Shown here in pieces: positions 17,890 to 25,206 of a stretch of DNA of 29,677 nucleotides (its first letter is position 1; every line of letters starts with the position of its first letter). A program made the translations under genes and the position numbers. Under the pieces are notes generated by a model. The model saw only the letters and a list, made by a program, of their open reading frames with translations. It was not told the DNA's origin and ran no database searches. The DNA is from Candidatus Xenobia bacterium (GTDB lineage Bacteria; Vulcanimicrobiota; Xenobia; Xenobiales; QWHO01). The stretch is taken from NCBI GenBank assembly GCA_045863235.1, contig BTUM01000092.1:1-29677 (forward strand). Reading direction: 5' to 3'.

Positions 17890-18657
17890 ATGACGCGACT
17901 TCTCCTCATCTTGCTGTTGATGGGCCTGGCTCAGGCCCAGGAACTCGAGTTGACACCGTTTGCCTATCAGGGAGTGGTGCAACAGGTCACTCCCGGTGGG
18001 GTGTGGCTGCAGACTTCCGACGGGCTGAACGTCATGCTGCCCCAGGGGCTCGACTTCGAAGTGGGAGGGACCCGCGTCGAAGTGGGCTCGCTGGTTCCTG
18101 GCAACCCTTGCTCGGTGCTCGTTCCCGCTGGCCCGGCCCAGGTCGTCGCCGTGCAGGGGGACCTGTGCACCCTGATGCTGCCCACCGGTCCCTGCCAGGT
18201 GCCCGTTTCGGTCCTGCCGGCCGACGCCCTGGGCAAAGGCAAGGTTTCCGTCCTGAAGAACAACGGCAAGGTTGTCCAGGTGCCCCTGAATGCCGCTTTG
18301 AACATGCAGCGCTCACAGGGAGCGCGCATCCTCGGCGCTCCTGGCCTGAGCATCCCTCGCTGGACGAACGGAGCTGCGCTGGAGGGCGTGGTCTGTGGTT
18401 ACCAGGGCGACGACCTGCTGCTGGTGACGGCTGCCGGAGGCCTGCTGGCCGTTCCCTCGCGCTATGCCCCCTCGCTGGCTCCGGGCAGGCCCATCTTCGT
18501 GCCGGGCGGGCCCGATTTCAAAGTGCAAAACTGGGTCCCGGGCTACAAAGCCAAAGGGGGGCCGGTCAAGATCGACGTGGGCGGACCGGGCAACTCGGGC
18601 AAGGGAAACGGGGGGAAAGGCAACCCGGGCAAGGGGAAGAACAAGATCAAATTCTGA
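17890..18657 (+). CDS. Secreted hypothetical protein with a Gly/Lys/Asn-rich tail
   Basis: Sec signal MTRLLLILLLMGLAQA and a C-terminal GPGNSGKGNGGKGNPGKGK. The ORF is open from 17827. Confidence 0.7.
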   Translation: MTRLLLILLLMGLAQAQELELTPFAYQGVVQQVTPGGVWLQTSDGLNVMLPQGLDFEVGGTRVEVGSLVPGNPCSVLVPAGPAQVVAVQGDLCTLMLPTGPCQVPVSVLPADALGKGKVSVLKNNGKVVQVPLNAALNMQRSQGARILGAPGLSIPRWTNGAALEGVVCGYQGDDLLLVTAAGGLLAVPSRYAPSLAPGRPIFVPGGPDFKVQNWVPGYKAKGGPVKIDVGGPGNSGKGNGGKGNPGKGKNKIKF

Positions 18658-18660
18658 CCT

Positions 18661-19380
18661 TTAGAGGCGCAAGAAGACCCGGGTGACCACTTCCATGCCA
18701 TTGGGAGGGTTGCCCTGGCTGGTCAGCCCGAGCTCCAGTCCTAGAGCCGTTCCCTCCCGGAAGATCAACTTGGAGAGCTTGTCGGTGATCAGGATCTCGG
18801 GCAGGGTCGGGTCGTTGATCAAGACGTCCGGGGTGACGTTGGGGCTGGGAAGATTGGGCACCGATCGCGTGGGGTCGGTCGGGTCGACGGGCCGGATCTT
18901 CTGATACAGTCCGGACTGCCGTCGATAGAAGCAGACATGCTTGAAGTAGTAAGGCTGTCCCGTGGCGGGGTCGTGCGTGTAGATCCCGGCCGGACTCTCG
19001 GCCGAGACGAAGCAGAGGGCGTCCTGGGCCAGGTTGATTTCCACCGATTCGTAGGCGGCCGTGGCCAGGGCGCGCTCGATCCTGTTGACCGAGGTCAGCG
19101 TCTCGCGCTGGATGGTGGCCGTGTCGTGGGTGCGGTTGGAGTAGCGCATGGCCAGAACCAGCGCGGCATAGGTCGCGCTCATGATGATCCCGAAGAGCAC
19201 CATCGAGATCAAGACCTCCAGCAGGGTCAACCCTCTAGAAGTCCGGCCGCAAACCCCCCTGTGGTGTCGGAGGGAACCTCCGCCACCACAAGATGTTGCA
19301 GGCGGCCGGACTTCTAGCACACCATGTTGGGCGTCGCGCGGCCGGAACCCGGCCGCGCTCCTACGGCGAGTTGCGGGCAA
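18661..19380 (-). CDS. Type IV prepilin-like protein (PilW/GspJ-like) with an abnormally long leader
   Basis: RG|LTLLEVLISMVLFGII motif. TTG 19380 overlaps the upstream gene end, giving a 50-aa leader across palindromic elements. Start uncertain. Confidence 0.78.
   Translation of the reverse strand: MPATRRRSAAGFRPRDAQHGVLEVRPPATSCGGGGSLRHHRGVCGRTSRGLTLLEVLISMVLFGIIMSATYAALVLAMRYSNRTHDTATIQRETLTSVNRIERALATAAYESVEINLAQDALCFVSAESPAGIYTHDPATGQPYYFKHVCFYRRQSGLYQKIRPVDPTDPTRSVPNLPSPNVTPDVLINDPTLPEILITDKLSKLIFREGTALGLELGLTSQGNPPNGMEVVTRVFLRL
19235..19317. mobile_element. 83-bp MITE/REPIN-like element (copy 2) with 16-bp perfect terminal inverted repeats
   Basis: CTAGAAGTCCGGCCGC (19235-19250) and GCGGCCGGACTTCTAG (19302-19317) enclose the same 31-nt hairpin (19260-19290) as copy 1. 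Mobility is inferred, not shown. Confidence 0.7.
19336..19364 (-). repeat. GTAG-type REP-like hairpin
   Basis: Minus strand GTAG-GA-GCGCGGCCGG-GTT-CCGGCCGCGC, a perfect 10-bp stem. The GTAG includes the TAG stop of the upstream gene. Confidence 0.6.
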
Positions 19381-19756
19381 TTTCGGTCTCCAGCATGAGA
19401 TTGCGGTCGAACTCCCAGAACCAGCTTACGGTCACCCGCACGCTCTTGAGCCCGGGGTTGACCTCCTGGACATCCATGGTCATGTTGTAGGTCACGTTGA
19501 GGTCGGTCCCATTGACCTTGAGGGTGAACGGGATGGGGGGGAAGCTCTCGCTGAACAGGGCCTCGTAGCTTCTGGCCCTCGCGATCTCGAGCTGGTTCTC
19601 AGCCAGATGGGTTGCGATCAGGTTCAGCTGGGAATTGCGCACGGCTCGGGCTGAGAGCGGAAAGATGCCCAGCAAGATCATCACCGAGCTGGCGAAGACA
19701 GCCGCGGCCACCAGCATCTCCATGACCGAGAAAGCACGACGCTGCTGCAAGCTCAA
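19361..19756 (-). CDS. Small pilin-like protein (PilV/GspI-like)
   Basis: QQRRA|FSVMEMLVAAAVF, and KSVRVTVSW near the C-terminus. Confidence 0.8.
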   Translation of the reverse strand: MSLQQRRAFSVMEMLVAAAVFASSVMILLGIFPLSARAVRNSQLNLIATHLAENQLEIARARSYEALFSESFPPIPFTLKVNGTDLNVTYNMTMDVQEVNPGLKSVRVTVSWFWEFDRNLMLETEIARNSP

Positions 19757-21060
19757 AGCCTCTGCCAGGAGATGACCACGACCGGCAGGTTCAGGCCCAG
19801 GCCACCGCCGACCCCCCCGAAGCCTCCGGTCAGCCAGGACTCGAAGCCCGGCAAGACCATGCCCGAAGGATCGAAATTGAGGGTGCGGCTTCCCTGGCTG
19901 TCGAAGTTACCGAAGCAGACGATCAGCCCGTTGAGGTTGAAGTTGGACCGGGTCGAGACATTCCCATGGGCCAGGATCAGCCCGGCGATCTCGTTGCGGC
20001 CATTGGAGAATGTGATGCTGGGATTGCCCATGGCGGGCATCTGGCTCTTCCAGCGCAGGGCCAGCACGTTGACTTTGGGAAAGCCGCGGATGGCCCGATT
20101 GAAGGTCACCGGGTTGCCCCGACCGCTGACGATGGTGCCCTCGCCGGTGACGGTGTCGATGGTCACCCCATCGGGGAAGAAGTGGATCTTTCCGCCCAGG
20201 TCCAGGTTCCCGACCAGGGTCTCGGGGTGCAAGACCACGTCGGTACGGGCCGCATCGATCTGGTAGAGGCCGCTCACCGGGTCGACCACGTAATCACCCA
20301 GCCCGTCTTCGGTCAACCCCAGCAGGGCCACGGGGTCGGGGTTGGGCAGAACCTCGCCGACCTCGCCGAGGGCCAGCGTGTTGTTGAAGCGGCCGTCGGC
20401 GATGAAGGCGGAGGTGGCCGGCGTGGTGTCGTTGGCGAACACGTTCGTGCCGGTCTGGTTGACCGTCCCGGCGGCGCGAATGTCCTGCGAGGAGTCGACC
20501 TTCACTCCGCCCCCGAGTTGGATGTCCTCATTGGAAAGGACTCGCCCGTTGCCGTTCACCGGGGTGATCCGGATGCCCCCTCCCACGGTCAGGTCGCCTG
20601 AAGCCTTGAGGCTGCCAGCAATGCGGCCCCCTCCCTGGATGTCGACCGTGCCGCCGGCGGCCACGGTGTAGGGAAAGCTGGAAGTGGCTTCGCCGTTCTC
20701 CAGCCCTCGGATCATCACTCCTACGCGGCGCTCGTAGCGGTCGCCGGTGGTGGCCGTGGAAAGCAGGTAGGCGGCCCCGGCCGGCACCTGGGGAGGCCCC
20801 ACGCTGGGGCCCAGGGTTACTCGCACCTGGTAGCTCGACTGGCCGATCTGGCCGCTGACGTTGCCCGTGCCGCCCCCGATGATGTCGCGAATCGAGCGGG
20901 CGATGCCGGCCTCGGCGGCGTAGACGGAGCGTTTCTGGAAGGTGTCCACGCGCGACTGTTGCAGGTTGGCGATGCCCGAGGAGGCCACCACCGAGACGAT
21001 GATCAGCATCAAAGTCAGCACCGAGAGTACCACCGGCAGGGCGATGGCGCGCTGTCTCAT
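19753..21060 (-). CDS. PilX/GspK-like large minor pilin
   Basis: MRQRA|IALPVVLSVL, SVYAAEAGI, a beta-helix-like Gly-rich body, and ends VVISWQRL. ATGA overlap with pilC. Confidence 0.75.
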   Translation of the reverse strand: MRQRAIALPVVLSVLTLMLIIVSVVASSGIANLQQSRVDTFQKRSVYAAEAGIARSIRDIIGGGTGNVSGQIGQSSYQVRVTLGPSVGPPQVPAGAAYLLSTATTGDRYERRVGVMIRGLENGEATSSFPYTVAAGGTVDIQGGGRIAGSLKASGDLTVGGGIRITPVNGNGRVLSNEDIQLGGGVKVDSSQDIRAAGTVNQTGTNVFANDTTPATSAFIADGRFNNTLALGEVGEVLPNPDPVALLGLTEDGLGDYVVDPVSGLYQIDAARTDVVLHPETLVGNLDLGGKIHFFPDGVTIDTVTGEGTIVSGRGNPVTFNRAIRGFPKVNVLALRWKSQMPAMGNPSITFSNGRNEIAGLILAHGNVSTRSNFNLNGLIVCFGNFDSQGSRTLNFDPSGMVLPGFESWLTGGFGGVGGGLGLNLPVVVISWQRL

Positions 21061-22280
21061 AAGGCCTCCAACAGACTGTAGATGGGCATGAACACAGCCA
21101 GCAAGATGAAGCCCACGATGGTCCCCATGATGGTCAGCATCAAGGGCTCGATCAGGGCCAGGGCGGTCTCCAGGGAGAGGTCGAGCTCGGTCTCGTAGAA
21201 GTCGGCCAAGCGGTGCAGGATGCGAGGCATGCGTCCGGATTCTTCTCCCACCCGGAGCATATGGGCGCATTCTGGAGGAAAGAACTTGGCGTTCATCAGC
21301 TCGTGAGCCAGCGAGCCGTGCCCGTCTCGCACGCGCACGCCCAGAGCCTGGATCTCACGATGCACGATCTCGTTTCCGACCACGCTTCCGGCCACCTCCA
21401 GGGAGTACAACTGGGGTACCCCACATTCTATCATGATTCCCAGGGTGCGGCAGAAGCGCGCCAGCATCACGTCGCGGTGCACCCGCGACAGGACGGGGGT
21501 GTGCAGGATGATCCAGGCCCACGCGCGCCGTCCACCCTGGGTGGAGGTGAAGTAGAACCAGGCCTGGGCGCTCAGGTAGGGAATCGCCAGCAAGAGTCCC
21601 AGGAGCACCCAGGGGTCGGTGAATAGCTGGCTCGTTGCCAGCACGAACCGAGTCAGCAGCGGGAGTCGAAGCGAGAGGCCTTCGAAGAAGCTGACGAAGG
21701 CTGGAAAGACGTGCAAGACCATAAAGGCGGTCATGGCCACGCTGGAGATGAAGATCAGGGCGGGATAGGCCAGTGAGGATCTCAGCTTCTGGTAGAGCCG
21801 CATGTCGCGCTCGAGGAAGTCGGACAGTCGCTTGAGGATGTCGTCCAGGCCGCCCGACACCTCCCCTGCCCTGACCAGGCTGACGTAGACCGGGCCGAAG
21901 GCGCGCGGGTGGCGAGCCAGCGAGTTGCTGAAGCCCTTGCCGTCCCGCACCCCCTCCATCACGCTGGCGATGGCCAGGCGCAGCCGGGGGCTCCAGGCCT
22001 GGTTGAGCAGGCAGCTCAAGGCTTTCAGGATGGGCACCCCGGCGCTGATCAACAGCGACAGCTGGCGGGTGAAGAGGGCCAGCTCGGTGACGCTGACCGT
22101 CGCCACCCCGCTGAAGGCACGTTTGAGGCGCTTGAACAGGGGCAGCTTCTCGCGCACGCCCAGCACGACGTATTCCAGGGTCTCGAGCTCTCGCACCAGT
22201 TCGAGCCGGGTAGGAGCCTCGGCTTCGCCCTGCAAGACCTTGCCCTTCGGGTCGCGCACTTCGTAGAGATAGGTCGGCAT
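21057..22280 (-). CDS. pilC: Type II secretion F / PilC family inner-membrane platform protein
   Basis: MPTYLYEVRD..G, FTRQLSLLISAGVPI, AGEVSGGL, LAYP, VGEESG, LIEP...FMPIY. Confidence 0.9.
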   Translation of the reverse strand: MPTYLYEVRDPKGKVLQGEAEAPTRLELVRELETLEYVVLGVREKLPLFKRLKRAFSGVATVSVTELALFTRQLSLLISAGVPILKALSCLLNQAWSPRLRLAIASVMEGVRDGKGFSNSLARHPRAFGPVYVSLVRAGEVSGGLDDILKRLSDFLERDMRLYQKLRSSLAYPALIFISSVAMTAFMVLHVFPAFVSFFEGLSLRLPLLTRFVLATSQLFTDPWVLLGLLLAIPYLSAQAWFYFTSTQGGRRAWAWIILHTPVLSRVHRDVMLARFCRTLGIMIECGVPQLYSLEVAGSVVGNEIVHREIQALGVRVRDGHGSLAHELMNAKFFPPECAHMLRVGEESGRMPRILHRLADFYETELDLSLETALALIEPLMLTIMGTIVGFILLAVFMPIYSLLEAL

Positions 22281-22425
22281 GCTTGATGGTACCTGTCGCT
22301 GCACCTTCGCCGGATACCTCGAAGATTCCCGGGGCACGATCCGAGGGTCTCACAGAGCCAGGGGACCTGATCCTCCGGTCCCCCCGGGAGCATCTTTCGG
22401 CACCCGGTCGGGGATCAGGGGAAAG

Positions 22426-23658
22426 TCAGGCCTCGTCGTCCATCCAGGACTCCTTCTCGGGGTTCACCGGCAAGAGCATGCGAAAACAACTGCCCTCGCC
22501 CAGCTTGCTCTCCACTTCGAGCTCTCCCCCGTGGGCCTCGACGATGTTCTTGGCGATGGCAAGGCCCAGTCCTCGGCCTCCGAAGCGAGCCGTGCGGCCC
22601 TTCTCGACGCGGTAGAAGCGCTCGAAGATGCGAGCTAGCTCCTGCTCAGGGATGCCGGCTCCGCGATCGACCACCTCCACGACCGCCATCCCTTCGTACA
22701 TCCGGGTACGCACGGTCACCTGGCCGCCCGGTTGGGAGTATTTGATGGCATTGTCGGTCAGGTTGAGCAGCACCTGGCTGATTCGATCCTCGTCGGCCCG
22801 TATCTCGGTCAGCTCGGGGTCGAACTCGGTGGCCATGGCCACCTCGGCCTTCTGGGCATAGCTGTCGAGCACGGCCACCGTGTGGTTGGCCACCGCCCGC
22901 AGGTCCACCGGCTGGAACTTCAGGGCTACCTGATGGGCCTCGATCATGCTCAAGTCGAGCAGATCGTGGATCAAGCGCTCGAGCCGCTTGGCTTCCTCGC
23001 TGATGATGCTCAGCCAGCGATGGGTCAGGTCGCGGTCCTCCATGGCGCCTTCGAGCAGGGTCTCGGCATAGCCCTTGATGCAGGTCAGGGGCGTTCGCAG
23101 CTCGTGGGACACGTTGGAGACGAAGGTGACCAGGATCTCCTCGAGCTCGGACTTGAGGGCGGCCTCGCGGCGTGCCTCCTCAACGAGCTTGTCGACGGGC
23201 AGGCGAGGGTCGTACTTGATGACCGTGTAGCCGCTGCGCAGGTCAACCTTCTCCTTGACGCCGAGTTGCACGGCCCGCTCATTGAGGATGTTGGTCAGCT
23301 TGTGGACCACGCGCGAGCTGACCACCTTGAGGTCGGTGGGGGAGAAGGCGTCCTTGCGCCGGGGCGGGCTGAACAGGTAGATCACGAAGTAGTCCGAGCC
23401 GGCCCCGCCCACGGCCACCAGGTCCTCGTCGCGGAACAGCTTGCCGCGCTGGCGGATCAGAGTTTGCCCGAGCAGGTTGCGCAGGTTCTCGGCCACCTCT
23501 TCGCCGTAGGTCTCGATCAGGTTGTGGAACTGAACCACGTCCACGTAGATGAAGCCCGCCTGCTCGCGCTTGAGCAGTTCGTTCTCGACCCGGTCGAGCA
23601 CGGTGCTGAGTACCGGCAGCCCGGCGCTGTCCTCGGTCACCTCAAGTCGATCTGCCAT
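22426..23658 (-). CDS. Cytoplasmic sensor histidine kinase with an N-terminal degenerate GGDEF-like domain
   Basis: H-box FVSNVSHELRTPL, N-box NLTDNAIKY, DRGAGI, FERFYRV, GLGLAI. N-terminus YVDVVQF...YG...RDED...GSDYFVI. Confidence 0.9.
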   Translation of the reverse strand: MADRLEVTEDSAGLPVLSTVLDRVENELLKREQAGFIYVDVVQFHNLIETYGEEVAENLRNLLGQTLIRQRGKLFRDEDLVAVGGAGSDYFVIYLFSPPRRKDAFSPTDLKVVSSRVVHKLTNILNERAVQLGVKEKVDLRSGYTVIKYDPRLPVDKLVEEARREAALKSELEEILVTFVSNVSHELRTPLTCIKGYAETLLEGAMEDRDLTHRWLSIISEEAKRLERLIHDLLDLSMIEAHQVALKFQPVDLRAVANHTVAVLDSYAQKAEVAMATEFDPELTEIRADEDRISQVLLNLTDNAIKYSQPGGQVTVRTRMYEGMAVVEVVDRGAGIPEQELARIFERFYRVEKGRTARFGGRGLGLAIAKNIVEAHGGELEVESKLGEGSCFRMLLPVNPEKESWMDDEA

Positions 23659-24401
23659 GCGCGTAACGCCTCCAATTGCTCCAGATGGGTCAGGTTGCAG
23701 TGCAGCGGGGTGACCGACACGTAGCCATTTTCGATGGCTCCGAAGTCGGTTCCGGGCAGCGGCTCCCCCCGGGGAGCATCCCCCGAAACCCAGAAATACT
23801 CCGTTCCCCATGGATCTACCCGCTTGACGATGCGCTGGGAATACTCGGTATGCCCCTGGCGGGTGACCTGCACGCCTTTGAGCTGATCCTCGGGAAGGGC
23901 CGGCACATTGACGTTCAGGAGCGTTTTGGAGGGCATGCCGTAGCGCTGAATCGCCTCGACCATCCGCACCGCCACCCGGGCGGCGGTCTCATAGTGCATG
24001 GGCTTGGAACGAGGTTGTGAGAAGGCCACGGAGGGCACCCCGTGGATCATGCCCTCCAGGGCGGCCGCCACCGTGCCCGAGTAGGTCACGTCGTCGCCCA
24101 GGTTGGAGCCCCGGTTGATGCCCGAGAGCACCAGGTCAGGACGGTCCTCGGCCAGCAGGTCGTAGAGCGCGAGCAGCACGCAGTCGGTGGGGGTGCCGTC
24201 GGTGCTGTAGCAGACGTAGTTCCCTTGCTCCTCGAGCTTGCGCACCCGCAGGGGCGAATGGAAGGTGAGCGAGTGGCCCACGGCACTGCGCTCGCGGTCG
24301 GGAGCCACCACCGTGAGGCGGGCCAGGGGGCGAAAGGTGGCGATCATCGCCTGCAGGCCTTCGGCGTGAACCCCGTCGTCGTTGGTCAGCAAGAGATGCA
24401 T
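23637..24401 (-). CDS. surE: 5'/3'-nucleotidase SurE
   Basis: LLTNDDG, VVAP..ERS, GTPTDCV, SGINRGSN, YSGTVAAA, VSVTPL. Confidence 0.96.
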   Translation of the reverse strand: MHLLLTNDDGVHAEGLQAMIATFRPLARLTVVAPDRERSAVGHSLTFHSPLRVRKLEEQGNYVCYSTDGTPTDCVLLALYDLLAEDRPDLVLSGINRGSNLGDDVTYSGTVAAALEGMIHGVPSVAFSQPRSKPMHYETAARVAVRMVEAIQRYGMPSKTLLNVNVPALPEDQLKGVQVTRQGHTEYSQRIVKRVDPWGTEYFWVSGDAPRGEPLPGTDFGAIENGYVSVTPLHCNLTHLEQLEALRAWQIDLR

Positions 24402-24409
24402 TCAGAACA

Positions 24410-24445
24410 TACAGAAACCAGGGGCCCCCGGTCGGGGCCCCGGTT
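24410..24445 (-). terminator. GC-rich hairpin, possible terminator or attenuator upstream of surE
   Basis: Minus strand AACC-GGGGCCCC-GACCG-GGGGCCCC-T-GGTT followed by TCTGT; the U-tract is weak. Confidence 0.4.
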
Positions 24446-24462
24446 GGCCGCTCGGGCGTCGG

Positions 24463-24693
24463 CTATTCCTCGACGCGCCGGCGGGCCGTGCTGGCTCGTC
24501 GGCCCTGGGCCAGAAGGCGCTCGGCCTCCTGAATCAGCTCCTTCACCTTGGTTGCGCGGGGGTCGCGCTGGCGACGCGAGTCCATGTACTCGTAGCCAGC
24601 CTTGATCGCCACGGTCAGGAGCAGCCCGGCCCCGACGCCCATCGCGACCCACTTCCAGGTGGACGAGGACCGGCGGGTCCGCTTGCCTTTCAC
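24463..24693 (-). CDS. Small membrane-anchored hypothetical protein
   Basis: AAGGAGG SD 7 nt before the GTG start. One TM helix followed by a charged helix. Confidence 0.65.
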   Translation of the reverse strand: MKGKRTRRSSSTWKWVAMGVGAGLLLTVAIKAGYEYMDSRRQRDPRATKVKELIQEAERLLAQGRRASTARRRVEE

Positions 24694-24792
24694 CCTGATG
24701 CCTCCTTGGTTGACCGCGAGAGCGTTGAGAGCAAGCCCTGCGGCCCGGATAGTGCAAAATTCGAATCAGCGAGCGGGAAATCCTGCCCGCCT

Positions 24793-24806
24793 CGAACGTT
24801 TGTTTG
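24793..24806. promoter_or_regulatory. Putative LexA (SOS) box, GAAC-N4-GTTY type
   Basis: CGAAC-GTTT-GTTTG in an intergenic region about 100 bp upstream of 24693. Confidence 0.4.
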
Positions 24807-24814
24807 AAAAGTGC

Positions 24815-25135
24815 TCACTCCGCCTTCTTGCGGAAGAACAGCGCCATGATGGCGGCGGCGATGAGTCCGATCACGGCCCCGATTGGCCCCAGGATGCCTC
24901 CCCCGATCATGTACCCGAGCTTGTCCTGCAAGGGCCCCTCGGGGATCTCGAAGCCGGCCTCGAAGAACGGCTCCCAGTAGTGGGGCAACTGGTAGACCAC
25001 CACGGCCAGAACGGCCAGCAAGACGAACTTGATGCCAAAGCCCTTGAGGCCTCGAATGGGCAGCAAGCCCAGGACCAGAAAGATCGCCAGCGTTCCAATG
25101 CCCAGAGCCACCGTGCCCCTCCATCTGCCCGCCAT
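24815..25135 (-). CDS. Small integral membrane hypothetical protein
   Basis: Three hydrophobic segments with basic flanks. Fills the gap between co-oriented genes. Confidence 0.7.
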   Translation of the reverse strand: MAGRWRGTVALGIGTLAIFLVLGLLPIRGLKGFGIKFVLLAVLAVVVYQLPHYWEPFFEAGFEIPEGPLQDKLGYMIGGGILGPIGAVIGLIAAAIMALFFRKKAE

Positions 25136-25206
25136 GCCGGCTGAGCTTGAGAATTCGTCAAGACTCTGAACTTCACCGTTCGCAGGACAAGCTCCTCTGG
25201 AGAGGG

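Noticed and set aside
1237..19317. Repeat pair as a DGR template/variable region or as shufflon sites
   Set aside because: No reverse transcriptase or invertase is present. There are only two substitutions, not polarised to one template. The repeats are direct and lie in leaders, not in C-terminal variable regions.
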